From an uncultured Bacillota bacterium (GTDB lineage: Bacteria > Sysuimicrobiota > Sysuimicrobiia > Sysuimicrobiales > Segetimicrobiaceae): a DNA stretch of 64,000 nt. Under the pieces are notes generated by a model. It was given only the letters and a program-made list of their open reading frames with translations, did no database searches and was not told the DNA's origin. Positions 47,681-58,277 of the stretch are shown here, one piece after another. The translations under genes were made by a program, and so were the position numbers. How positions within the stretch are numbered: position 1 is the first letter of the stretch; every line of letters begins with the position of its first letter. The DNA lies in the NCBI GenBank assembly GCA_963804645.1, contig CAWDRG010000009.1, positions 1,056,001-1,120,000 of the forward strand, read 5' to 3'.

Positions 47681-48796
47681 ATGAGAAGCGGGACCGTGGG
47701 ACGGGCGAGGGCGCGGCCGGCGGCGGTCGTGATCGTGCTGGTCGCGGCCATGTTCGGCGGCGGCACGCTCGCGGGAGGCCCGTTCGGGGGCGCGCCCGCG
47801 GCGCAGGCAGCGGCACCCAATCTCGGCAAGGTGGCGCTGATCGACGCGGGGGTCGGCCTGCTGTACGTGCCCGCGAACATTGCGAAGGCGAAGGGGTACT
47901 TTCAGCAGCAGGGCCTCGACGTCGAGATCTCCGTCGCGAGCACGGGGGCGGGCACCGACGCGACCGCCGCGGTGATCGGCGGCAGTGCGCAGTTTACCGA
48001 TACCGGCATGGCGCAGATCACCGACGCGGTCGATCAGGGCAGCCCGCTGGTCGCGATCGCCGGGTCGATGACGGAATACGGCGTCAGCATCGTCATTACC
48101 AAGGACGCGGCGGCGAAGGCCGGCGTGACCGCGGCGTCGCCGCTCGAGGCGCGGCTCAAGGCGCTGAAGGGACTCCGGATCGGCATCTCCGCGCCCGGAT
48201 CGGCGACCGACCAGTTCATGCGCTACGTCGCCAAGCAGGCCGGGCTCGACGCGGACCACGACATGACGCTCGTCGCGCTCGGCAGCGTCGGGGCGACGCG
48301 CGCGGCGTTTGCGCAGCGCCGGATCGACGGGTTCGTCCGGTCCTCGCCCGACCCCGAGGCCGCCGCGATTCAGGATAACGGGATGATCCTCCTCTCGCAG
48401 ACCGGCGTGAGCGGCCTGCCGTCGATGCGGGGCTTCATGATGAGCGTGTACGCGACCAACAAGACGCTCCTGACGCAGCACCCCGAGCTCGTGCGGGCGT
48501 TCATGGTCGGGCTGACCCAGGGGGAGAAGTTCCTGGCGGCCCGCAGCGACGAGTCGAGCCAGATCTACCGGACCCTCCGCGGCGGCAGCATCCCCACCGA
48601 CATCTGGGACGCGGCGTGGAAGAACAACTATCCCGCGATGGCCAAGGATCCGGTCATCGGGCGGCACAACGTGGACGTGACGTTCTCGATCCTGCAGCAG
48701 ATCGAGGGGAAGGCGCCGGCGACCACGTACGACCAGGTGGTGAACAACTCGTTCGCGCAGCAGGCGGACGCGCTCCTGAAGAACTGGACGCCCTAG
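47681..48796 (+). CDS. NMT1/TauA-like ABC substrate-binding protein
   Basis: Signal peptide; AKAKGYFQQQGLDVE, LKGLRIGISAPGSATD; divergent from the TauT-type ATPase and permeases. Confidence 0.9.
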   Translation: MRSGTVGRARARPAAVVIVLVAAMFGGGTLAGGPFGGAPAAQAAAPNLGKVALIDAGVGLLYVPANIAKAKGYFQQQGLDVEISVASTGAGTDATAAVIGGSAQFTDTGMAQITDAVDQGSPLVAIAGSMTEYGVSIVITKDAAAKAGVTAASPLEARLKALKGLRIGISAPGSATDQFMRYVAKQAGLDADHDMTLVALGSVGATRAAFAQRRIDGFVRSSPDPEAAAIQDNGMILLSQTGVSGLPSMRGFMMSVYATNKTLLTQHPELVRAFMVGLTQGEKFLAARSDESSQIYRTLRGGSIPTDIWDAAWKNNYPAMAKDPVIGRHNVDVTFSILQQIEGKAPATTYDQVVNNSFAQQADALLKNWTP

Positions 48797-48830
48797 GTCA
48801 ACGGCCCACCGCGCGCGAGGAGAACCGACG

Positions 48831-49757
48831 GTGCCGACGGCCGGCCATCGACTGAAACAGCTCATCCGCGCGCCGGAGATCCTCGTGCTCCCGGGGGTGT
48901 TCGACGGCTACAGCGCGCGGCTCGTGCACCGCGCGGGGTTCGCGGCGGCGTTTGTCACCGGCGCCGGATTGTCCGAGGACCGGCTCGGCCGGTCGGACGT
49001 CGGCATCATGGGGTTGGCCGAGAATCTGGACGCCTCGCGGGCCATCGCGGCGTGCACGGACCTGCTCCTGCTCGGCGACGCGGACACGGGGTACGGCAAC
49101 GCCGTCAATGTGTGGTTCGCCGTGCGGGCGTTTGAGCAGGCGGGCCTGGCCGGCGTCATGCTGGAAGACCAGGTCTGGCCGAAGCGCTGCGGACACATGG
49201 CGGGGAAGGAGCTCATCTCGGCCGACGAGATGGTGCAGAAGATCCGGGCGGCGTGCGACGCGCGCGTCGATCCGGATTTCGTCATTAAGGCGCGCACCGA
49301 CGCCGCCGGCCCGCTCGGCCTCGACGAGGCCGTGCGCCGCGCCGTGCGGTACGCCGAGGCCGGCGCGGACCTCGTGTTCGCGGACGCGCTGCTGTCGGCG
49401 CAGGACATCGAGGCGTTCTGCCGCCGCGTGCCCGCGCCGGTCTCGGTTAACATGGGGTTCGGCATCCGCCAGCGCGGCACGACCCCGCTCGTGTCCGCGC
49501 GCGAGTTGCAGGCGATGGGGGTGGCGGTCGTCATTTTCCCCCGGCTGCTGACCGCGGCCGCGGTGCGCGGCATGATCAACGGGCTCGAGGCCCTGCAGGA
49601 GTCTCTTCGCACCGGCCGCGTCGTGGAGCGCCCCGAACTGGCGGTGTCGTTCGAGGAGTTGAACGAGCTCGTCGGGCTTGGGGAGATCCAGCAGCTGGAG
49701 GCGCGCTACCTGACGCCGGCGCAGCTGGACGCGAAGTACGGGCGCGATCGAGGGTAA
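48831..49757 (+). CDS. Isocitrate lyase/PEP mutase superfamily C-C lyase (methylisocitrate/dimethylmalate lyase-like)
   Basis: PGVFD, GDADTGYG, LEDQVWPKRCGH, KARTDA, VNMG. Confidence 0.92.
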   Translation: MPTAGHRLKQLIRAPEILVLPGVFDGYSARLVHRAGFAAAFVTGAGLSEDRLGRSDVGIMGLAENLDASRAIAACTDLLLLGDADTGYGNAVNVWFAVRAFEQAGLAGVMLEDQVWPKRCGHMAGKELISADEMVQKIRAACDARVDPDFVIKARTDAAGPLGLDEAVRRAVRYAEAGADLVFADALLSAQDIEAFCRRVPAPVSVNMGFGIRQRGTTPLVSARELQAMGVAVVIFPRLLTAAAVRGMINGLEALQESLRTGRVVERPELAVSFEELNELVGLGEIQQLEARYLTPAQLDAKYGRDRG

Positions 49758-49866
49758 GCCGCCGGCGGCGGCCGCCGGACCAGCGCATCAGGACGCCGCC
49801 GTCCGTCCCGGGACGGCGCGCCGCGCCGGATGCCTCCGCTGAACGAGGCACCGCAGAGGAGGGCGC

Positions 49867-51180
49867 ATGGGGTACGAGTCACTGGCCGGCGATCTCTCGC
49901 TCGTGCTGACGGGCGAATCGCTGATCACGCGGGCGCTCTCGCCGTTCCGGGAGGACGGTTTCCTGCGGCTGATCGAGCTGCTGCGCGCGGGCGATGTGAC
50001 GTTCACCGACGCCGAGATGCTGTTCCACGACTACGAAGGCTGCCCCGGCGTGGCCCACACCGGTACGTGGATGCGGGCCGATCCCAGCCTGATCGATGAG
50101 CTCAAATGGGCCGGCATCGACCTGTGCGCGACCGCGATGAACCACGCCTACGATTTCGGCGAAACCGGCGTCCTGGTCAACATCGCCAACTTGAAGAAGC
50201 ACGGCATGGTCTACGCCGGCACCGGCGAGAACCTCGCGCTGGCGCGGGCCCCCGGGTACCTCGACACGCCGAAGGGGCGCGTGGCGCTCGTCGCCGCCTG
50301 CGACACGATGCGGGTCCAGGGCGCCAAGGCGGTCGATCAGCGGCCGGACATGAAGGGAAAGCCCGGCGTCAACCTGATCGCTGCGGAGCGCGAGTACACC
50401 GTGGACCACCAGGCGTTCGCGGACCTGACGCGCATCGGCGCGGCGATGGGGTTCGGCGCGGCGGCGCGCGGCTCCGGCGGCGGGGGCGTGTACCGGTTCG
50501 GATCGGGTGCGGTGCGGATGACGATCCGGGAGGGCGATCGGTTCGGCGTGACCACGCTCCTGGACGAGCGGGATCTCGCGGACAACATGAAATGGATCCG
50601 TGAGGCCCGCAAACTGGCCGACTGGGTGCTGTACAGCTTCCACAGCGGGTTCCACGGGGCGGCGTTTGAAGACCCGGCCGACCACGTCGTGGCGCTGGCG
50701 CACGCCGCGATCGATGCGGGGGCGGACGTGTTCGTCGGACACGGCTCGCACTCGGACAAGGGCATCGAGCTTTACCAGGGGAAGCCGATCTTCTACAGCC
50801 TGGGCGACTTCATTCTCCAGAACGACACGGTCCTACGCCAGCCCGCGGACGCTTACGCCCTGTTCGGGCTCGGGGCCGACGCCACCCCGGGCGAGTTCTA
50901 CGACGCGCGAAGCGGCACGCAAACGCGGGGCCAGGACGTGAAGGCGGTCTACTGGCAGACGGCGGTCGCGACGGTGCGGTGGCGGGATCACCGCCTCGAG
51001 GAGATCCGGCTCACCCCCGTCGATCTCGGCATGGGGCTGCCGCGGGGGCAGCGCGGGCGTCCGATGCCGGCGGAGCCGCCGCTCGCGGGCGAGATTCTCG
51101 CACGGTTTCAGCGCATGTCCGCGCCGTTCGGCACGCGGATCGAGATCGCGGGAGACTGCGGCGTCATCACGGCGGGCTGA
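49867..51180 (+). CDS. CapA-like metallophosphoesterase-fold protein (cytoplasmic)
   Basis: AMNHAYDFG, AGTGENL..ARAP, SFHSG, AIDAGADVFVGHGSH, IFYSLGDF; no signal peptide. Confidence 0.85.
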   Translation: MGYESLAGDLSLVLTGESLITRALSPFREDGFLRLIELLRAGDVTFTDAEMLFHDYEGCPGVAHTGTWMRADPSLIDELKWAGIDLCATAMNHAYDFGETGVLVNIANLKKHGMVYAGTGENLALARAPGYLDTPKGRVALVAACDTMRVQGAKAVDQRPDMKGKPGVNLIAAEREYTVDHQAFADLTRIGAAMGFGAAARGSGGGGVYRFGSGAVRMTIREGDRFGVTTLLDERDLADNMKWIREARKLADWVLYSFHSGFHGAAFEDPADHVVALAHAAIDAGADVFVGHGSHSDKGIELYQGKPIFYSLGDFILQNDTVLRQPADAYALFGLGADATPGEFYDARSGTQTRGQDVKAVYWQTAVATVRWRDHRLEEIRLTPVDLGMGLPRGQRGRPMPAEPPLAGEILARFQRMSAPFGTRIEIAGDCGVITAG

Positions 51181-51232
51181 GCGCGCCGGACACGGCGCCG
51201 TGGAGACCGCGGCGCGCGTTTGGGGGGTTGAT

Positions 51233-52006
51233 ATGGCCATTCGGGTGGAGCGGCACGAGCACATCGCCGTGGTGTGCATCGAGCGTCCGGAGGTGCTGAA
51301 CGCGATCGATGCCGTGGACCGAGCCGCGCTTCGGGCCGCATGGGACCTCGTGCGCGCCGACGAGACGATCTGGGTGGCGGTGCTGACCGGGGCCGGGGAC
51401 AAGGCGTTCTGCGCCGGGAACGACCTCCGCAACCCACCGCCCGAGCCGGAGCAGTTCGTCGCCGGCTATCTCGCCGCGGGTCGCGAGAGCATCATCGCGG
51501 GGATGGACATGACCAAGCCGCTGATCGCCGCGGTGAACGGGTACGCGCTCGGGGGCGGGTTGGAGCTCGCCCTCGCGTGCGACATCCGGATCTGCACGCC
51601 GAACGCGCAGTTCGGAGCGGTGGAGGTGAAGACCGGCACGATGGCGGCCGCGGGCTCGACGCAGCGGCTGCCGCGGATCGTCCCGCACGCCGTGGCGATG
51701 CAGATGCTGTTGACCGGAGACCGCCTGACCGCCGACGAGGCGCTGCGCAGCGGGCTCGTGACCGAGATCGTCCCGCAGGAGCGGCTGCGGCTCCGGGCGC
51801 TCGAACTCGGCGCCAGGATCTGCCAGAACGGACCGCTGGCGGTGCGGGCCACCAAGTTCGCCGCGACGCGGGGGATCAACATGCCGCTTGGGGAAGGCAT
51901 GGTCCTCGAGACGCTGCTCTGGGGCCTGCTGCGGGACACCGAAGACCGCCGGGAAGGCCGTCAGGCGTTCATCGACAAGCGGCCGCCGCGGTTCAAGGGC
52001 CGGTAG
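51233..52006 (+). CDS. Enoyl-CoA hydratase/isomerase (crotonase)
   Basis: RPEVLNA, AFCAGND, AVNGYALGGGLELALACD, VEV, EGRQAF. Confidence 0.93.
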   Translation: MAIRVERHEHIAVVCIERPEVLNAIDAVDRAALRAAWDLVRADETIWVAVLTGAGDKAFCAGNDLRNPPPEPEQFVAGYLAAGRESIIAGMDMTKPLIAAVNGYALGGGLELALACDIRICTPNAQFGAVEVKTGTMAAAGSTQRLPRIVPHAVAMQMLLTGDRLTADEALRSGLVTEIVPQERLRLRALELGARICQNGPLAVRATKFAATRGINMPLGEGMVLETLLWGLLRDTEDRREGRQAFIDKRPPRFKGR

Positions 52007-52019
52007 GAGGTTCGTCCGG

Positions 52020-52997
52020 ATGCACGTGCTGACGGGCGAGCACGCGATCGCCGAACTCGACCCGCCGCTGCGCGCCATCGATCCGACCGTCCGCCTGAGC
52101 CCGATCGGTCCGGACGGCGAGCTCGACGGCGACGTCTCGGACGTCGAGGTGCTCTTCCGATTCTTTCCCGGTGAACGCTTCCCGCTCGGCGCGTTGGGGG
52201 GAGATGCGCTGGGCCGGGCGCTCGCGCGTCTGCCGCGGCTCCGATGGATCCACACGGGCGGCGCGGGCGCGGACGGCCTCTTGATCCCGGAGGTGCTCGC
52301 CCGCGATCTGGTGCTGACGAGCTCGACCGGTCTGAACGCGGTCCCCGTGGCCGAGACCGCCGTCGCGCTCCTGCTCGCTCTCGCCAAGCGGCTGCCCGCG
52401 CACCTGGGGGATCAGCGCCAGCGGCGCTGGCAGCGCCATCAGAAGCTCGAACTCGACGGGATGACGGTGCTGATCGTCGGGCTCGGGCGGATCGGGACCG
52501 AGGTGGCGCGCCGATGCGCGGCGTTTGGCATGCGCGTCATCGGGGTGCGCACCCGACGCGGCGCGGAACCCGGTGTGGAGCGGATCGTCGGGCCGGACGG
52601 GCTGATGGCGGCGCTCGGGGAGGCCGACTGGGTGGTCCTCACGGTCGCGCTTACGGACCAGACGCGCGGTCTCATCGGACGCGCGGCGTTCGAGGCCATG
52701 AAGCCCGGTGTGATGCTGATCAACGTCGCGCGCGGCGCGCTCGTCGACGAGCCGGCGCTCTGCGATGCGCTCCGGTCCGGGCGCGTGGGCGGGGCCGCGC
52801 TCGATGTCTTCACGACCGAGCCCCTGCCGCAGACCAGCCCGCTGTACGATTTTCCGAACGTCATGCTCCTGCCGCACAATGCGGCGTCATCGCCGCACAC
52901 GCGCCGCCGGGCGCTCGGACTCTTTGTCGACAACTTTCGGCGCTTCCTCAGCGGCGCGCCGATGCGCAATCAAATCGATCCGCGGCGCGGGTACTGA
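52020..52997 (+). CDS. D-2-hydroxyacid dehydrogenase
   Basis: GLGRIG, MKPG..LINVARG..VDE, LDVF..EPLP, PHNA. Confidence 0.93.
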   Translation: MHVLTGEHAIAELDPPLRAIDPTVRLSPIGPDGELDGDVSDVEVLFRFFPGERFPLGALGGDALGRALARLPRLRWIHTGGAGADGLLIPEVLARDLVLTSSTGLNAVPVAETAVALLLALAKRLPAHLGDQRQRRWQRHQKLELDGMTVLIVGLGRIGTEVARRCAAFGMRVIGVRTRRGAEPGVERIVGPDGLMAALGEADWVVLTVALTDQTRGLIGRAAFEAMKPGVMLINVARGALVDEPALCDALRSGRVGGAALDVFTTEPLPQTSPLYDFPNVMLLPHNAASSPHTRRRALGLFVDNFRRFLSGAPMRNQIDPRRGY

Positions 52998-53084
52998 CCG
53001 CCGCGCCGCGCGGATCGAGAGGCGCGACGCGCGCACTCCGAAACTACGCAGGCGCGCCACGATGCCACGCTCGTGCCGGACGAG

Positions 53085-53600
53085 CACGAGGGAAGGCGGG
53101 GCGAGAGGAGGGGAGGAAGGGGGGGGGGGGGGGGGGGAGGAGAGAAGGAAGGAGAGAGGAGGAGGGAGAGAGGGGGGGGCCTCCGGGTGAGGCTGCTCAG
53201 CGGGGCGCCTTCGCGCGCAGTTCATCCGGCGCGCGCGCCGGATGGGTGCAGACGGAAAGGGGGGCTAGAGGGTGGGGGCGACGAGTAGGGAGGGGGCCGG
53301 GGGAAGGGCCGCGGGGGGGGCGAGCGGGGAGCGGCGGACGCACACGCGAGTAAAGAAGGACGCGCGCCGCGAGCGACACGCGGCGGCCAGAGAGACGCCG
53401 CCGCGCGTCTCAGCGGAATAGGCCGCGGAACGCGCCGCCTAACGCCGCGAAGCTGTTCGAAGATACTACATGAGCCGTCGGGGCAGAGTTTCTGGTGGCA
53501 GGCGGCAACGTGACGTTCCGCTCCGGCGGACGCGACGGCAGTAATCAGATGGTAGTGGCGCCGACCGAGAGTATGGCGTAGGTGGGCGCTCGCGCGGATG
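53085..53600. other. Poly-G / purine-rich low-quality tract
   Basis: Long G homopolymer near 53119-53137 and loss of coding pattern. Confidence 0.7.
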
Positions 53601-53644
53601 CGAATCGTCAGAGTGGCGCGGATGTGGAGGGGAACCGGCATCGC

Positions 53645-54375
53645 GTGGGGGCCGCCGTGGGTGATGCGACGCTCGTCCTGCTGCACCCGGTCGGCCTCGA
53701 CGCGGCATGCTGGCAGTTCCTGGACCTGACATCGCCGGTGGTGCCGGAGTTCCCTGGGCACGGGGCCCGCCCCGGCCCGAGGCGAGCTGGACGCTGGACG
53801 ACGCCGCGGACGAGGTCGCGGCGTCCGTGGAGGGACCGCTCGACGTCGTCGGGGTATCGATGGGCGGGATGGTGGCCCAGCACCTCGCGCTGCGGCACCC
53901 CGGCCGCGTGCGCTCGTTGGTGCTGGCATGTACCTCGGCGCGCGCGCACAGGGCGGCTACGTTGGAACGAGCCGATGCGATCGCGCGCGGCGGGATCGAG
54001 AGCGTGCTGGACTCGACGCTCGCCCGCTGGTTCACTCCCTCGACGCTCGCCGAGCCCCATCACGTGGGGGTGGCGTACGCGCGGCAGCGCCTACGGACGG
54101 ACGATCCGGTGACGTTCGCGCAGACGTGGCGCGCGATGGCCGAGCACGACGTGGTCGAGCGCCTCGGGCGAATCGTCGTGCCGGTGACGGTGATCGCCGG
54201 TGCGCACGACACGGCGTCGCCGGTCGAGCAGCGGCGTGCGGTGCAGCGGAGCCTGCCGAACAGCCGGATGGAGGTCCTCGACGGTCCGCACATGCTGCAG
54301 TTGGAGGTTCCGCAGGTCTTTTCGGACGCGATCCGCCGCCATCTGCGGTGGGTCGTCCGCGGCGGGACGGGCTGA
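53645..54375 (+). CDS. Alpha/beta hydrolase, PcaD (enol-lactonase)-like; frameshift near 53780
   Basis: LVLLHPVGLD..PGHG in one frame; GVSMGGMVA, LARWF, GAHD, GPHM in the next. Confidence 0.75.
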
Positions 54376-54399
54376 GAGGCTTCGAACACAGATAGAGCG

Positions 54400-55500
54400 G
54401 AGAAGCTCAACTGTCGGCCGGTAGGTCTGACCGGCATCGGCCGCCGCTGCTGCGCAGGCGCACGCATTCCACTCGGCACGATGGGCCGTCCGGTTTCGGT
54501 CGCTTCGAGGCATGCGCTTGATCGACGCGTCGTGGCGCGTGCGCGCCGACCGCGTGGTCGCGCCGACGCCGCCACCGAGGTGTCGTCCGAGGCACGGTAG
54601 TGCGGGAGGTGAGTCCACGCTGACTGACGGCGCGTGTGGCGGCTAGTGCGGGCCGGCGTGGCGAGGCCGGGCGTCGGCCGCGGGAGGCCGACCGATGAGC
54701 GCGGCATCGAGGGCCGATTGTGCGGTTGGCCGAGGTGCCGGCCGAGGCGCCGTCCCGGCGGCGCGGGAACCGGCTTACGTGTTGCGCGGCCGGGGTCTGA
54801 GACGCGGTGGATGCGCGTGACGCTGTGCCGGCTGGATCCGGCGGACGGTCGACGTCCGTGACGTGCCGGGGGCCGGCGCCGAGTACGTCTAATACTCCAG
54901 GGCGCGTCCGCGTGCGCCGGACGCGAGGACGACCTGATCCGACACGGCGGCTCCATGCGGAGCGCGTCACGATCCGCGCGGTAAGCGCCGGCGGCGTGCA
55001 CGTCCTCCGGTGGATGCCGGTGCCGCGGAGATGCCGTCGAACGCCGACGGCCGCCCGCCGGCGCCGCCGCGGTCCGCGGCTCGGCGCGCCGAGACCGGAG
55101 CGAACCGGCGTCACCGGCCACATCAACATGAGCGCGTACCGCTTCGCGCGCGCGGGGCAGACCACGCGCTGGCGCACGCGACGCTCGATGTCCTCCGGGA
55201 GGGCGGCGGCACAACCTGCACTACCACGAGGGGATCGATGCGACCAGCCTACATCTGTCCGAGGGACGGTCGAGGCGCAGGTGGCCGGCCGGACGTACCG
55301 CGAGATCGGACCGCACTCGCTGATGGTGTCGAGTCGAAGATCCGCACGGCTCGCGTCGTGGGCGCAGGGGGCGCGAGTGTTGCGGCTGGGCGCGAGCGTC
55401 GGGCGGGACAGGGGGGAGTGGTGCGTGGGGTGTGAGGGAGGGAGGGGGGGGGGGGGGGGGGGGAGGTGGGGGGGGCGTAGGGTGTGGCCCGCAGAGGAGG
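54400..55500 (+). other. Corrupted region, possibly a cupin-domain gene
   Basis: Only fragments are legible (GVTGHINMSAYRF, NLHYHEG, GTVEAQVAGRTYREIGP); ends in poly-G at 55440-55475. Confidence 0.3.
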
Positions 55501-55506
55501 TGTAGC

Positions 55507-56895
55507 GTGGAGGAGACGCGTCAGCTCGCACGGTTTGCGTCCCGGACACAGTATGAGGATCTGCCTCCGGATCTGGTGGCGCAGGCAAAGATCTACATCC
55601 TCGATAACCTCGCCGCCGGGTTGGTGGGGAGCCGGCAGCCGTGGGCGCAGATTGTCATCGGGCTCGTCCGGGATCTCGGGGGCCGCGGGGAGGCCTCCGC
55701 GTTCTGCCAGGCGTGGCAGACGGACGTATCGCGCGCGGCGCTGCTCAACGGCACGATGATCGGGGCGTTCGAGATCGAACACATCGGACACAGCGCGCAC
55801 GCGAGCGGGACCGCGTTCCCGCCGGCGCTCGCCGTGGCCGAGCGCGATCATCGGGACGGCCGGGCGCTCATCACCGCCACACTGGTCGGGTACGAAGTGG
55901 TGTGCCGGATCGGCGCGGCCCAGACCGGCGCGGTCGAGCGCGACCGCGGGTTTCACAATCCCGGCGCGAACGGCCCGTTCGGCGCGGCGGCCGCGGTCGG
56001 CAGCCTGCTCGGGCTCGACGAGACGCGGATGGCCTGGGCGCTCGGGATCGCCGGGTCGAGCGGCGGCGGGCTCACCGAGTTCGTCTGGGAAGGGGCCATG
56101 ACCAAGCGCATCCACCTCGGGCGGGCAGCCCAGCTCGGGCTGGAGAGCGCCCTGCTGGCGGCGCGCGGGTTCACCGGCCCGACCACCGTCCTCGAGGGGC
56201 CGTACGGGTACTTTCACGCGTTCTCGCCGCGCCCCGCGGTCGAGAAGCTGCTCCCGGGGTTGGGGCACGAGTGGCTCTCTCGGCGGCTGACCGTCAAGGC
56301 GTACCCCAGCCACGCGACGACCCAGGCGATCGTGCACGCGGTCCGCGTGTACAAGGACACACACCCGGTTGACCTCTCGACGCTGACCCGCGTCTCCGTC
56401 ACCTCGGGCGGACGGGTCGTGGAGCCGCGGCACTTTGATCGGGCGCCCACCTCCATTCTGGGTGCGCAGTACAGCGTGCCGTACGCGCTGGCCGTCGCGC
56501 TCGTCCGCGACATGTCCAATCCGTTGGTGTTCGGCGTGGACGTACTCGAGGACCCGGCGATCCGCGGCCTCGCGGCCAAGATCGAGGCGCACGAGGACAA
56601 CGAGCGGTTCGGTGACGACCACCATGGGTACGTGTCGGAGATCACGCTTGAGTTCGGTGACAGATCCGTGCGCCTGCTGGCGGATGGATTCCCGGGGGCG
56701 CTCGCGCAGCCGCTCGACTTCGCCGGGATCACCGAGAAGTTTACGCGGTTCGCGACGCCGGTGATCGGACGCGCCCCGGCCGCGGCGATCGTCGAGCGGG
56801 TCGCCGATCTGGAGCGCCTGGGCGACGCGGCCGACCTGGCGGCGCTGCTGCGGGCGCCGCATGTTCCGATCGGACACAGGGGTGACCGGGGATGA
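55507..56895 (+). CDS. MmgE/PrpD family protein
   Basis: ILDNLA, AALLNG, HASG, GYEV, RGFH, KRIHLG, GFTGP..LEG..G, KAYPSHATT, QYSVPY. Confidence 0.92.
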   Translation: MEETRQLARFASRTQYEDLPPDLVAQAKIYILDNLAAGLVGSRQPWAQIVIGLVRDLGGRGEASAFCQAWQTDVSRAALLNGTMIGAFEIEHIGHSAHASGTAFPPALAVAERDHRDGRALITATLVGYEVVCRIGAAQTGAVERDRGFHNPGANGPFGAAAAVGSLLGLDETRMAWALGIAGSSGGGLTEFVWEGAMTKRIHLGRAAQLGLESALLAARGFTGPTTVLEGPYGYFHAFSPRPAVEKLLPGLGHEWLSRRLTVKAYPSHATTQAIVHAVRVYKDTHPVDLSTLTRVSVTSGGRVVEPRHFDRAPTSILGAQYSVPYALAVALVRDMSNPLVFGVDVLEDPAIRGLAAKIEAHEDNERFGDDHHGYVSEITLEFGDRSVRLLADGFPGALAQPLDFAGITEKFTRFATPVIGRAPAAAIVERVADLERLGDAADLAALLRAPHVPIGHRGDRG

Positions 56896-58200
56896 CGGGA
56901 CAGGCCTACACAGCACGGGCGGAGGGCCCGGGCGCTGGTAGAGGACTTGGGGCGGTGGTGGGGAGCGAGCTGATGGTGCTGGACAGCGTGGGGTGGGGCT
57001 CTTGGGAGCGGGGCTGGTGGTCGGTGGGCTGCGGGCGGCGCTGGAAGGGGTGGAAGCGCGGGAGACGTGAGCGTGTGGGAGGGATGAAGCTGTCGGCGCG
57101 AGCGCGGCGCTGGCGAACGGGACGGCGGTGCACGGGTTCGAGTTGGATGATGTGGGGGTGGGGGGTCATAACGGGTCGGTGGTGCTGACGGCGGGGCTGG
57201 GGCTGGCGGAGCACCGGGGCGGGGTGACGGGGAAAGAGCTGCTGGCGGCGGTGGTGGCGGGGGTCGAGACGGCGAGCCGGGTGCAGAACTGCATCGGGCG
57301 GGCGCCGCACGTGAAGATGGGATTTCACGGGCCGAGCGTGATCGGGACGTTCGCGGCGACGGCGGCGGCGAGCCGGGTGCTGGGGCTGAGCGGGGCGCGG
57401 TGACGGACGCGCTGGGGCACGCGGGGCAGCAGACGGCGGCTATGGCGGTGCAGCACGGGGGATGGGGAAGCGGCTCTTGGCGGGGAAGGCGGCGCAGAGC
57501 GGGACGCTGGCGGCGGTGCTGGCGGAGGCGGGGTTCACGAACGTGCGGGACATTTTCGAATGCGAGTACGGGGGATTCTGTTCGGCGTTCAGCGGGGGGC
57601 AGCGGACGTACACGCTGGAGGAGTGGTGAGCGGGCTGGGGACGCGGTGGGACACGCCGGGGGTGAACCGAGATGGGGCGTGCCGGGTGCCGATCCACCCG
57701 GCGCTGGAGGCGCTGCGGGGGCTGCAACGGGAGCACGGGGTGCGGGCGGAGCAGGTGGCGCGGATGCGGGTGTGGCTGGACGAGGGGGCGTACAAGGCGG
57801 TGGGGTTCGGGTGGGAGCCGACGACGGTGACGTCGGCGCAGATGAACTTGCAGTACTGCGCGGCGCAGCTGCTGCTGGAGGGGGACGTGTTCGTGGACCA
57901 GTTCACGGACGCGAAGCTGGCGGCGGTGTTGGATATGGTGCGCCATGAACGATTCACGACACGTCGATGGACCCGCTGCACCGGACTTCCGAGCGCAAGG
58001 TGCGGATGGAAATACAGCTGCGGACGGACGGACGGTCGAGACGACGGCCATGACGCGGGGAGGTCCGGAGAACCCGCTCGGGCCGGCGGACGTCATCGAG
58101 AAGTTTCGCAAGATCGGCCGCCGCTGTCTGTCTCCAACCGTCAGGACCAGTTTCTCACTGTCGACGATGAGGGGGAGTGGGGGGGGGGGCGGCCCACATG
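56892..58200 (+). pseudogene. Second MmgE/PrpD family gene, heavily frameshifted (probably sequence error)
   Basis: HGFELDD..HNGSVVL, GVETASRV, GFHG, FECEYGGF, AQMNLQY, RGGPENPL spread across several frames; strong G bias. Confidence 0.75.
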
Positions 58201-58277
58201 GGTAATCGCCTCGCGGCCGGCGAAGCGGGACGCGCAGGACGGGCACGCGATGCCAGAAACGTGGGGGACCCGAACGG

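Noticed and set aside
49867..51180. Poly-gamma-glutamate capsule locus
   Set aside because: No capB or capC, and no export signal
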